NCBI GenBank assembly: GCA_051294905.1
Contig: CM119372.1
Span: 34,536,001 to 34,600,000 of the forward strand
DNA length: 64,000 bases
Direction of reading: 5' to 3'
From: Botryllus schlosseri
Taxonomy: Eukaryota
The notes beneath the pieces were generated by a model. The model did no database searches. It worked only from the letters and a program-made list of their open reading frames with translations, and had not been told where the DNA came from. Within the stretch, counting starts at the first letter, position 1. Every line of letters starts with the position of its first letter. A program made the translations under genes and the position numbers. Positions 51,601-62,951 of this stretch are shown piece by piece.

Positions 51601-54600
51601 TCTCTTTGTTGAGTTTTTTTTAAAGTGTCCTCGGAGGATTCACAAATGTCCTCTTTTTGAGAATTTGTCTTCTTTTTTGAAAATTTTGGTTAACTGTATG
51701 TGAGCCAGAAAGACGACCTTTTTTTAGTCAACACCACTAAATTCAAGTAAAAGTTAGGTAAATTTGGTGTCGAATGAAAGTGATCACCTTTTTCAAGTCA
51801 ACCAACTACAAACTAGGAATAAGTTTGCCAATTTTCCGGATTTTACTCCGGTATTGTAAGTCTGAAAATTTGGAAAAAGTGTCCTCTTTTCAGATTCCCC
51901 AAATATGGTAACCTTATGCAACATTCGTTGAAATATAACTATAATTTGATAGCACTGTTAGTTTACTAAATTGCACAAATTAGCACAATGGAGTTGGTGG
52001 CACAATTACATTTCGATCGTCAGCTGGATTGGCGCATAGTGCCGAAATACTTATTACTTACATAAATGAGTCAAGCTGTTTAGCTAAAGTGTAAATTGTT
52101 AGAGAAATTAGGTCACTTTTTGCATTGACCAATAGCGGCTCGACCCAAGATTGGGTAAGTGACAAGCACTAAGAGCACGCCCGAGGACGTTTTTGACACA
52201 ATGCATGAAGCACCGACATGGTTTGCTATCGCACTGCCGCTGCTACTAGACAAATATAGATTTGCGGTGGGTCACCTTTTCTAACAGTTATGAATGAAAG
52301 TAATGACTTCTACTGAAAGCTAGACCTAGGCCAGGGACGGTCAACTTTTCCGGTCGGTGGGCCGGATATGGGAAAATGAAGTACTTGGCGGGCTGGATTA
52401 CAGAATATATACATTTATCGCGCATTTATCCACGTATATAACAAATAAATCGTATTTAATGTAAACTTTAAGTTTAAAGCATGACGACCAATAACAGTAT
52501 TTAATGAATTTATTAACAGTAGCTGTTGAAGTCAGTCAGACATCTTTGGTCGGTCATAGTTGTCAACAAGTTCTTTGAACTTTGGCTGCTTGTCGTATGT
52601 AGAAACCCTTGAAGACTGCACGTGAACATCAGTTATATTGTAACGCAGCCTTGTCTCGTTAATGTTCATGGTCGCAAATATACAGAGGTGGTCAAAGTAT
52701 TCAAGAAAGCAACTCAAGTAGAAGTAGAAGTGGCGACGAAAAAATCCACTCAAGTACGAGTAGAAGTACTTCCTCCATAAGCAACTGACTGAATTTAAAT
52801 CTACACAAGTAAGTAAGTAGTTGTGAAAACAATCGTAATTCGTTCGCACGGATTGTCAAATGGTGCTAATTGAGCTATGCGAAAGGTGCCGAGCTTGATT
52901 CATATTGATGCATACCATGGGGTATTCAATTTTTGACAGCATAAGCATTCGTCCGTATCATGGGAAGAAAATGATAGTATTGATATGGAAATGCGATAGT
53001 AATCCTCTGTTAAGTCGAGCAGCACGTTTTAGAAAATATTATGGTATGGCGCACTCCCCCATATTATAAGGCCCGTAGTTTAGTCGAAGAGCAATACGGA
53101 GAAGTTGTCTAGGATACGGATGCGCAATTGGTAAACTTGAATAAAAAATATGGTGGAGCGTAAAAATGCCATATTGTGTAGCTTTATTTCCGGAAATTAA
53201 AGGCATTACTACACTTGCTTTTATACTTCAACATCTACAAAAGAGCTGATATTAATTAGAGCTCAAAGTATATGGTACTGGGAATTGAAAGTGAATTATA
53301 AATACTACTTCCAAAAGCAGAAAATGTATTTCATGTCTTTAGTCCAGAAAGTTTCAAAGGTGGTATGCTAAAACAGCTCTGAAACTAAAAATAGTCAGAG
53401 TCCACTTTTCCAGATTAGGACACGCCATGGACTGCTTGATTACGATATGATAAGTAAATGCTAGGTTACGAGACATCAGTTTCAAATTTTATGATGATCC
53501 ATATATACCGCGATGAAATCGGCGAAGGGCGACAATACGGCGTGAACGGAACCACGCCAACCCGCTACCTAAATTATATTCAGCGAAACTTTCGTGAAAT
53601 CATACTGGTTACTCCGTATCCACTGAGCGCAAATCGCGACGAAAATTCTGAGCTTTACCCAACTTTTATGAAGATTAAATGTTGATACTCCTTGAAAACA
53701 GCCCCGAAATTCCTCAGGCTATCTTCCTAATTGGAGGAATAAACTACTTCTACTTGACAAACTGAAAATAGCGAAAAGTAAGTGAGCAGATCACAAAATA
53801 TTGCGAAGTAGAAGTAGCGGAAATCAGATCTCCTTGAGTTAGTACCAGAAGTAGAGGAAAACTACTTGAGTACTTCGAAAAAGTAGAAGTACTTCGTTAC
53901 TGACCACCTCTGAAAATATATGTACAAGTACACCCGAACAGAGCAAGTAGCTTCATGTCCATCTTTCTCAGGTTGGCAAACTTGAATTCATTCCGTGACG
54001 CATAGAGATTATGAATACTTTCAGAATAGAATGTCACTTTCAGGGTAGAAATTCTCTGCGGGCAGGTCAAAATCCCTTCGCGGGCTGTATGTTGCCCGTC
54101 GATGGCCTAAGCTGCATGAGAAAGCCAAGACTATTGAACAGGGATCCGAAATGAATTTTTGCATGTACTGTACATTCGTTATTATCATATATAATTCGAC
54201 CATCAAATGCATTCTCTCAAACATTCACTAAACGCCATTTATTTGCTGGACTGGGTCTAATTTGTTCTAAAATAACCATCATAAATACATGGGTTTTGAT
54301 TGTTGCTTGTCAGTCTCAGATCACAAGAAGAAGCAACATCTGCTTGCTGAATCGTTTCTTTTGCAACTTGCGAATTACACCGGTGACGACAATAAGTACC
54401 GTCGTTTGGAATTATTCACCGCGATTTATGAATCAAGCAACGAGGATCTGATGAAAGATATATCCGTAATCGATGTATCTAATATTTCATTGAGTCGATA
54501 TGAAGCTGTTATCGTTGGATCACTAGCAGCTAGGAGCGGTGGCCTCAGACATCTAAATTTACAATTCTGTCAGATTGAAGATCAAATAATGGAAATCGTC

Positions 54601-57600
54601 GGTCATTGTATCAAAGATCACCAATTACATGTAAGTCGAATTAGAAAACATTTCTATAGAAAAAGAATCGATGCACCAAAACCTGAAAGAACTGAAAAAC
54701 TCAACCATCTGCAGTGTAAAATGTATTTTTTCTTGAATTAATCTCGTCCTAATTTGTATGAGAAACTATTTCAGTTAAGCGATATATTCGATAGCAAGGT
54801 ATTATAAACCAGTGCTCTTCAACCTTTTTGAAGTGTTGCATCCGTCACCTTAACCCAAGCACCCCCGTCAGGTCAGGCTGAATAATCTGTGTCAGCAGTC
54901 ATTAATCTGACAAATTGTATGATATCGGTGTTCATACTGCATAATATACTTGTACCGACTAAAATAAGTTACCCACTTTCATCTGGCTGCAAGATATTGG
55001 TCCATTAATGTGACAATTACTGAAATTAGGTCTGTATATAAACCACCGGTTTCAAGTGAAATGCTTCTCAGGCACCTCTGTACACCCTTTTGTAGTTCTG
55101 TGCACCTCATGCAGATTTCTATACAAATGTTCATGTACCCAGGGGTGCATTGTGCACACCAGTTGAAAAGAACTGTTTTAACTACCCAATGGCCGTAATA
55201 AAATCCAGATATCACATTGTCCAGGTTGACAACTTGGATTTCCAGAACAATTCTTTTACCGCCGAAGCATTACGGTCGTTCCTTGGTTATGGAAGAGATG
55301 AATTACTTCGTGCGTCTTTCGACTGGGGAGTGAGTTCAATCTGTATAAAATGCAGGGTGTACTTGGACTTAAGAACCTTGTTCATTATGTGATTACCGAT
55401 GAATATTCCTTCAATCAATAAATAAGCCGTATTTCAATTACTATTGTAAGCGTATTGCCAATAACATTCTAATATCAATGAAGAAAGTTCATTCGCAAGA
55501 AAGGTAAATGACTCGACAATTCATACGATTGCAATTCCACATTACAACTACAACTCTCTACAGTAACTACCCAAAATATTGGTAAATTTTTTGTAACTCT
55601 GATGATATTGTAGACCAGGGGTCACCAACGCGATCGAATAGCAGCATTTGCCAATATTCGTCAGATCATTACCAGTGAGCTTTTAAATATATATAGATTG
55701 ATTTAGTTATTCTTGTTTAAATCACACGAACATGTAACTTTTAAATGACAATACATATGTATAAACACCTAAAATGATGATATCAAATATCCTCAATTAC
55801 AATTAGTAATGTACCAACATGAAATAGAATCACAAGATATCGAAGACGTAGGATACGGTGCACTGCCCATACAGGTGACATGACGGAATGCCATACACGG
55901 TCTTCTTGAAAATGAGGGGTTCCGTTATGGTAGCTCGACGTCAAGGACAATGCCAAAGTAGCATAAAACATTACTATTCGGTAGCAGATAGCCGTGAAGT
56001 ACTAGCAGATTTTCAATATAATTATGTATGCTCATAACGTATTGCATCTTTTAACACAGATTATTTCTCTTACACTCAACGCAGTTTAGTACCATGTTTC
56101 TAACTTTTTGTAATCGTTGCTGCTGTCCGGTATAATGAAATCTGTCATGTCTGGATGCTGAACAGTTCGACATTGAAATTGTAACATTGCAAAATGACCT
56201 CCAGCTCAAAGCCCACCAGGCTGCAGCAAACTTGTGGTGCCATGTTGACACGGAAAAGTACAGTGGTGTATCTTATTGATGTAAAAATTAAATAGGTGGT
56301 AGTTTTATAAATTTTATATAACTGTTGTAAAAATTTGATATTTAGAATTAAAAATAAATTTATTGACAGAAAGATTGGAGAGGGTTCATTAACTTACTAT
56401 GAGTTGGGTAGGTTAATTTCGAATTGCTCAGCAGCTATGAAGGTTGCAAACGTGTTTGGTTCCACTTATTGTTGTGAATCAGCCTTTTTGGACATAAACT
56501 TCATCAAAAACAAACACAGAACACACCTCACTAATGCACATCTGGAACACTCCCTCAGAGTCGCAGTGTGAAGTTACATACCAGAGTACAACGCACTAGT
56601 TGATAGCATGCAATGTCGGCCTTCCCACTGATTGATATAAAAACAGATAACATGATGTCCAGTCTTAAGTGTGACAATATTTATTTTTAAGTTTGAGTTG
56701 ACTGTTGTTAAATAATTTGTACTAACATGGTGCGAATTAATTCATAATTTTTTGAAAAATTTTAGTGGTTTGGCATAAAAGACTCTCCTAGAAGTCTTAC
56801 CTCAATGTGATTCCTGCCCAGTACTTTTCCTGATACGACCGGAGCCGGATCGGAGCCGGACCAGAGAATTGAAAAACAGGATCGGAGTCGGACCAGAAAA
56901 TTTCTCGATCCGCTCCACATTACCATGAATATCAAAGTGGAAATTCAGTCTGGTACGGGTAAACGGTACCTAAGAAGTAGCTCTTGGTTGCAAAAAGGTT
57001 GGTGACCCCTGCTTTAGTCTGATTTTTTTTTATCTTTCGTAATCTACAAATGTGTTGTCACCGTGAATCAATCAATCTACCAATCTATCTCCTCTTTAAA
57101 CTCTCATGATAGTATAGCGTGGGCATGAGACCTGTAAATTCTTGGGCTCAACGAGAGGAGATAATGTCCAAAAAAAGTGTGCCAATCAAAAAATAGTTCG
57201 GTAATCGCTTATGTATATTGCACTAAATAATCATGCTGGTCGTGACTGATCTTAGCCACCTTTTGCCATGCTGGACATAGACTATGTGTGTTCCTACTTA
57301 TTGAGACATGATATATTTATAATCACCCATACTATTAGTGGAATTTCTAACTGAATGGAGGGAAATCCTATCAAACTTCATCCATCCAAACTACACATAA
57401 AATCTTGAGATTCCCCTTATGTGTGTTTAAAAATAACGCTGCGGCTTGGGAACCATATTCATTCATATATGTTGTATTGAGGTTATGCAAATAAGCGTCA
57501 ATTCGCGTTACGTCACGTTGACAAATGATAAAGATTTCATCAGCATCGGAGGAGATGATGTCGTGGGACTTTTTAGCAAAAAGGTGAGACGTCCTACAAA

Positions 57601-60600
57601 AATACAAAATGTTTGCAAACGAACTTTTATGCCGGAACATGCCAATACTAAAAACGTAGGCTACTTCCTGATGTTTCGCGGTATGTTGTAAGTTACTTTA
57701 TGACATTTATCCCCTTACCACAGGACTCGGCGCTGACAGTCAAAGCAGGTCATATTTTCACATCTGTCGTGTATTTGGGAATACTGCTTCAACCAGACAT
57801 AATGAAATTACCAGACCATCAATTCCATATCGTTCAGGACGACTTACGGAAAGCTTCGGCAACTAATATCGAGAAGGTTTATTGATGGGTATTTGATCTA
57901 CGCATGTTACTTTTTCTCGAATGTGCACCATATCCTGCATAGTCATACTCCTAGGATCCTAGTATAACGCACTGCTCATCCATGTATTGGAATAGGAATT
58001 ATTGATTCACGCCTATTTATATCAATAAGCCATCTGATGTTTGTTCATTGCATTCATCGCACACTCTCACCATTTCTAGTCTGATCGGTGCGTGAGTGGA
58101 AACCTTCAATTATATTGTAGACGACACCAGGGCTGACTTGACTGAAAATAAGCTTGCCTATCCCCAAGTTAAGAACCAATACGCTAACTGCTACTATCAT
58201 ATTCAATTTTTATCGATGATAACCTGTAACGTTACGTTCAGATCAGTATAGTGTGGCTGGACTGCACGGAAGCAACGGCTATCGATTGGTCTTTAATTAG
58301 AGCCTCTGTTGAGAAATATAAGGTCATTTTACTGGATTGTAGTACAGAATATTATTATCCATATAGCGGTTCAATTTTATTTGTAGGTTAAAACACTGGA
58401 TGTTGCTATAAATGCTGGGACGAGAAGTCCTGCGGAATGTAAAGAGATTTCAAAACACAGGAATGATATTTCAAGCTGTGGTGTTGATGTAAATATTCAG
58501 TGGTTGTACGAAATTCAGAATGCAGAAGACGCCTTGTCTATGCACGAAGACTATAAGCAAAAATTGGTATGGGATAAGTCCTGCCATTAGAAGCTTTAGT
58601 CAAAAATTGCTTGAAAGCCACCCTCTTTTTAGGTCGGTTATATGATGTCCGTACTCACCTACCCCGCTTCGCTTGACGAGATTCTCAATATTATCACAAA
58701 TTGCAATTCAAAGAAACTCACACTGATGTCTGAGTTTCACGGTAACATGCTCAATGACAAGGAATTGGACACCATTCAGGAGCATTCACGAAGCCGTGGA
58801 CTCGACACAACCGTTTTGTTGGGTGGGTTGAGTAGGCTATTTAGTACCATTCACAGACGCTTGTGCTTAACGATATGTGTCCAATATGGAGATCAAACGG
58901 TTTTTCAATGTTTAGCCATTTACGGAAAAGTAAATTGCCAATAACTAATGTGAAAAAAACAAGCATTACGCAAATATTATTGACTGAGTAGGCCTTACCG
59001 TTGCAGGGTGTAATGGACATATTGAATGGCGTAATCATTGTTTGTTCATGTAGTTTCACAACGTCAGTAAAAGGTTGTGAGAATTTGTAATGCATATGTA
59101 ATTCAAATGTCGCATTCACGGTTGTTCCCTAGCATTTATTAATTTAATAATGAGAGCTCCCATACAGACGTTAGAGAGCGTATGATTAGTGATTAGCTTA
59201 CTAGCCTAAGGGGTAAAGAGGTAACGCGAACTGCCACCTTAGCGCACCAGCGGAAGTTATGACCGCTCTATAACGGGGCTCGTGCAAATATGTATTCTAC
59301 GAATAAGAAGTTGCATTATATTGAAAAGGGTTAAGAGAACACACTCACTTGATTCCGCCGATAGTCAACAACCGAAGAAGAAACGTTTAAATATTACTGT
59401 AATATCATGATGTATGCAAATGATTAAAAAATAGTTAAGCTCTATCTTAAGGAGGGATTATAAAGGCGCGTATCATCGCGTACACGGCTTTACCCGTATA
59501 ACTAGTCTACCTCAAAGCAATCGGAATAGTAAAAATACAGTCTATACAAAATATATTGATTTAGTTATTTGGTATAATGTTACTTTTCTCCATAACGTTA
59601 CGTACGAACAAACTATTCCACAGATCTGGAAATCCCTACCGAAACGGTGACAGTTTTCGTCGGACCAAGCGGAAGGGAAATAGAAGTTGGAGGCTGTAGC
59701 GTTCTATTTGCAACTGGCAGTTTCAATGAAGTTGAAGAAGTCACGATCCGATCAGAAATTAACCCGATGGAATATCCAAGAGGACGGGAAGCCATCGCAC
59801 CTACTTTGACCATCCATGCGCCAAGCTTGAGAGTGCCAGCAACCGTGAAACTACATACATGGTGCATGGCGGAAGGGTGCGAAGAAGAGATCGAGATCAT
59901 GCGTTTTGATGACAAGACCATGTCATGGGCAAAGATAGACTGTGATATCAATGTAGATTGCAATTTTATTACCTTCAAGAGATCTAAATTCTCTCCTGTC
60001 GGTGCATTCTGTAAGACAGGGAATAGTTCGTCGAAAATGTCCCATTTCATGACACCACTCGTTTACTACATGGATGAGGGCTATTCGTTGGCTTTGATCG
60101 CGAGAAACAAGCTAATGAAGAAGCGATTAGAACGACGAATGAGAAAGGATTACGGAAAAAATGTAAAGAGACATCAGTTCGCAACTTACCGTTTCAAAAG
60201 TAAAAATCGCATAAACATGTCAATCAGCTGTCCGAATAATCCGAATTCGTATTTTATGCCGGATGCAACTTTTGATAAAAGAATTAAGGATATAAAAAGA
60301 AATGAACCTGAACCAGTCTTCCGGAAATACACTCTGGAAAATATTCCACCAACGTCAGACACAATTTCGATACGATGGGAGTTGAAGAAAGATGGCGAGC
60401 AGTATGACGTCGGATCATTTCATCCTTTAAAAAGAGGTCAGATTTTTTACAAATTATATCCATAAACCACATTGGCTCAATTAATAGGCTTATTAGACAT
60501 TTTAGATGTAAAAATAAACATGAGGATATTGTGCCCATTCAATATCTGGCAATTAGTTACAGTCGCTATTAATTTTCCAATACAACATCGTACAATCGCA

Positions 60601-62951
60601 TAGACCTGGATTCCCACTGCTGTTACGAAAAGTATGATGTGAGTAACATTTTTTGATTTCATTCGTAAATATCGGAGATTTTCGGCGAAATTCACAAAAA
60701 CTAGTCTCCGTCGAACTCGTAAATGATCATAATGGAAAGCCTCATACAATAATTCTTATGTTCAATGAACACATCCTGCAATAGAAGACGTCAAAGCATT
60801 CGTCGTCGGGTACAGCGAATTCGTAAGTGATATTCACTATTTGTTTTACTGCAATTTTGCTTCAAAAATTATACCAAATTCGTGTCGAACTAGGCAGATT
60901 AGATTTAGCTGGAGTAGATCCATAGGACCCCTACCCATGCTATAGGCCAGGGGTTCTCAACCAGCGGCCCGCGGGCCGCATGCGGCCCGCAGACGTATAT
61001 TTTGTGGCCCGCGACATCTTTCATTATAAACGTAATTACTAATGACACGGTATTGTTACAAATTAATTTAGATACTTAGCTCTTTTATCGCACCGTCTCT
61101 GTTTCGTTTGATTACTCATTCTTGAAGACAGTGGTTCTCAAACTGGGGGCACGCGCCCTCTTTGGTGCGTGAAGCATCTGAAGGGGGCGCGAAGGTGCTG
61201 TCAACTGAAAATAATTTCGCGCTGCGCGCAATTTATCCCTAATTCACTGTTATTTCTCTGTGTATAGTCAGAATTTCATATTTGAGAATTCTCTGATCAA
61301 CGGCTATAACCTTCCATGCCATCAAACTAGCCGTTTGTATTGCTAGCATTCTGGTTGCATTTTGTTATATGACGATAAGGGGGCACGAAATTTTTCCCTA
61401 TCAAAAAGGAGGGGGGGGGCGTGACTAAAAATGTTTGAGAACCACTGCTTCAATGTACTCTCGTTTCTTGATATATGCTCGACTTCAGATTGTTATTGTT
61501 TTGAATCATTATTTGGCTGGACTCTGGTTCAAGAGAATCCCGCTTCTTAGTAGGCCTACACTTTTAAAGAGTGTTTGACTCACTGCGAACGGTTGTTGAG
61601 ATTGCCGACGACGTTACAGACGCATCGTTTAAAATTGCTTCGAATATCGCTAAACCCAAGAAATCTGATATAGAAGGTGTAATTTCAATAAAATCGTAAC
61701 ATACTTTGCGAATATTTGCTGTTTCCGGAACTTAGCAGCAAGGACAACATCACCAGACAAATTTCGAAGATGCAATCGTCTGATTCAATCCTGACCAGAC
61801 GAGTAACATCAATATCAGTCAATCTTTTATCGCCTGTTCTGAAACACGTTGCCGCGTAGACTACTTTTACGCAGCCTTGCATGAATCCACCGACATTGTA
61901 TAACTAATTATCTGGTTGAATTTCATCAGAGTGGACATATATGCAGAGAAATACTGACTGGGCAAACGTGGGGAGGGGACCAGCGAAAAATATCAACTTG
62001 ACAAAGCTGACTTCTGTAACTATTGGTACAGTGCCCTAGGCATGAACGGAAAGGAGAAATGTTGATTGTTTTGCTCAGAAATGCCCCCAAACACCAAATT
62101 TCTTCTCATATCACTCAGAGCTCAATGTGATAATGGTCTCTGTAACGCAAAAGTTATAGTAATTTTATACTTGCTCGCCCACGCATTGGAACAAAGAGTT
62201 CGGCTCTCTGGTGGAAGGATTTGAAGTTGCATATACCGACTTGACAACGAATGTAATGCACGCTCCATGAAGGGATTTACATGCGCCGCTAGAAGATACA
62301 CAATCTCACAAGCAGCAGCTGCAAACTTACGAACGCTGTTCATTATTACTTTATAATGCATAGAAATGTACTAAATGCCGGTATACGACTGGTAAATCGG
62401 CTACAATAGCCTAAATTTATTAGTAGCCCATGAATGGAAGGTAACATAGTTCTGCGGCCCGCAGCGTCTTTTACTGTTAAAATGCGGCCCGTTATACAAG
62501 GAAAGTTGAGAACCCCTGCTATAGGCCTATGTTAGCGAATCACCTAAAAAGGCATAGTCACCGGTTATCATGCCTACCATTAAAATGCAGCGATGAATTA
62601 TTGAAAAGTTTGTGACACTCTGATGTGACAAGCTGCGAATGTAAGCAAAGTGACGTTATTCCGTACATGAGGCCGAATGTTTGATTTTGGATTCCCGCCT
62701 CGCAATACCAGCTGTACTCAAATGAACTTTAGACTGCCTGACTGTACTTATAGTAATGGACGTTGAAGTTGATGTTGCTGAAAGCGAAAACCTATTTAAT
62801 AGCAGAATCGTTTTGCATTCACGAACCTTGCCATTTTGTTGAAGACGAATTTGGGAAATATTATAATTCTAACTTTTTCATACAGCAAGTCGAACTTCAT
62901 CAGCAGCGGAGAAGCCATCAGAATCAAAATTTTTATACATCAAAAACTTGA
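39543..62951 (+). CDS. Multi-exon NLR-like gene (N-terminal repeats - NACHT - WHD/HD2 - degenerate LRRs - ZU5/UPA FIIND-like), ~1270 aa if all exons join
   Basis: Manual exon chain with GT-AG boundaries and matching phases: 39543-39618, 39819-40040, 49048-49104, 49734-51146, 54314-54630, 55225-55329, 57482-57583, 57724-57876, 58242-58322, 58387-58566, 58633-58822, 59624-60436, 60785-60822, 62886-62951. Total 3813 nt, open frame ending in TGA. The core 49734-60436 is well supported; the first three and last two exons are less certain. Confidence 0.65.
39819..40040 (+). CDS. Putative exon 2 encoding two tandem ~25-aa repeats
   Basis: Acceptor tttctcag (in-frame alternative tatttcaag at 39782), donor AAG|GTGGGT, phase 1-1. 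Frame-preserving 75/72-bp tandem duplication: GSAILAEGENVHLKLAAAVPINVVA / GSTIFAEGENVHQKFAAGPINVVAG. Confidence 0.55.
41928..43799. mobile_element. Nested non-autonomous element (CAGTGGCGGCTCGT TIR) carrying an internal ~200-bp tandem array
   Basis: Perfect TSD tcttctga; TGCCCCACC subterminal motif. Confidence 0.9.
42440..42980. repeat. ~200-bp tandem repeat, about 2.7 diverged units (partial further unit at ~43130-43260)
   Basis: Recurrent g(t/c)(a/g/c)ccaagt...gtaatt(c/t)cgtt...caaa(a)gccgg...gcacggta.gtctt...agtatcgaacgct near 42443, 42642 and 42840. Confidence 0.8.
46020..46350. mobile_element. Internal fragment of family C
   Basis: Matches ~6490-6865. Confidence 0.75.
46835..48372. mobile_element. 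Family D fragment interrupted by (TTG)n and family C element 47138-48053
   Basis: Similar to 11600-11835 and 12100-12342; nested element caggaccgtaac...ttacggccctg with TSD gttgttgt. Confidence 0.78.
49048..49104 (+). CDS. Possible small symmetric exon (EIPIEAGKRQKLIHETVLG)
   Basis: aatcag| ... GAG|GTAATT, 57 nt, phase 1-1, open frame; could be skipped without a frameshift. Confidence 0.35.
49734..51146 (+). CDS. NACHT NTPase + HD1 + winged-helix exon of the NLR gene
   Basis: Acceptor ctatttcag, donor CAA|GTAAGT. Walker A IAIVAPMGFGKSTL, Walker B LLIFDGLDQ, sensor-1 ILVSSR, VAGLT, GxP-equivalent SIPLFL, LKEMAYQGM, WHD motif YSFYQRGVQEFLAA, RWPLVDSFLAG. Confidence 0.92.
51565..51916. mobile_element. 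MITE (TAGGGTTACCA ends, GTCCTCTTTT repeats) in NLR intron
   Basis: tagggttacca...tggtaacctta; TSD not recognisable. Confidence 0.65.
52332..54104. mobile_element. Old Buster-type MITE containing family A copy 52683-53912
   Basis: cagggacggtcaac...gttgcccgtcgatg; TSD acctaggc/gcctaagc. Confidence 0.7.
52683..53912. mobile_element. Family A hAT element, third full copy
   Basis: TIRs; TSD caaatata/aaaatata; colinear with 3215-4490. Confidence 0.9.
54314..54630 (+). CDS. NLR exon: HD2 end and ribonuclease-inhibitor-like LRRs
   Basis: Acceptor cttgtcag, donor CAT|GTAAGT, phase 1-0. LELFTAIYES; IDVSNISLS and LRHLNLQFCQIED fit the LxxLxLxxCxI pattern. Confidence 0.85.
54810..55175. mobile_element. 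Old hAT MITE in NLR intron
   Basis: cagtgctcttcaac...gttgaaaagaactg; TSD degenerate. Confidence 0.6.
55225..55329 (+). CDS. NLR exon: LRR (VDNLDFQNNSFTAEALRSFL...)
   Basis: cattgtccag| ... GGA|GTGAGT, phase 0-0, LRR consensus. Confidence 0.8.
55616..57011 (+). mobile_element. hAT Buster/Charlie-type derivative with C-terminal dimerisation-domain remnant
   Basis: TIR caggggtcaccaac...gttggtgacccctg; FGSTYCCESAFLDINFIKNKHRTHLTNAHLEHSLRVAV; part similar to ~40530-40745. Confidence 0.85.
57482..58822 (+). CDS. Five short NLR exons (57482-57583, 57724-57876, 58242-58322, 58387-58566, 58633-58822), degenerate LRR-like or unknown region
   Basis: Each is open in the expected phase with GT donors and AG acceptors (the first acceptor is a weak GAG). 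Introns are 64-365 nt. The last donor G|GTGGGT is phase 1, matching the ZU5 exon. Confidence 0.65.
59624..60436 (+). CDS. ZU5 domain plus ~145-aa UPA-sized region (FIIND-like) exon
   Basis: Acceptor ctattccacag, donor AG|GTCAGA. VGPSGREIEVGGCSVLFATGSF matches the ZU5 start (G-x-x-G-G-x-L...V-x-L-x-(I/F)P-x-G-A); IAPTLTI, PATVKL, W and KFSPVG follow. Confidence 0.8.
60785..62951 (+). CDS. Putative last two exons (60785-60822 EDVKAFVVGYSEF; 62886-62951 QVELHQQRRSHQNQNFYTSKT*)
   Basis: caatag|...TTC|GTAAGT (phase 1-0) and ctttttcatacag| (phase 0 to TGA). Other frames of the last exon are also open, so the terminus is uncertain. Confidence 0.4.
60948..62518 (+). mobile_element. Family E hAT derivative in the last putative NLR intron; contains family F MITE 61129-61447
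   Basis: caggggttctcaac...gttgagaacccctg; perfect TSD ctataggc; inverted sister of 17042-18797. Confidence 0.9.

Noticed and set aside
56335..56571. Domesticated GTF2IRD2/ZBED-like gene
   Set aside because: Fragment with stops and an insertion, bounded by TIRs; a transposon relic.
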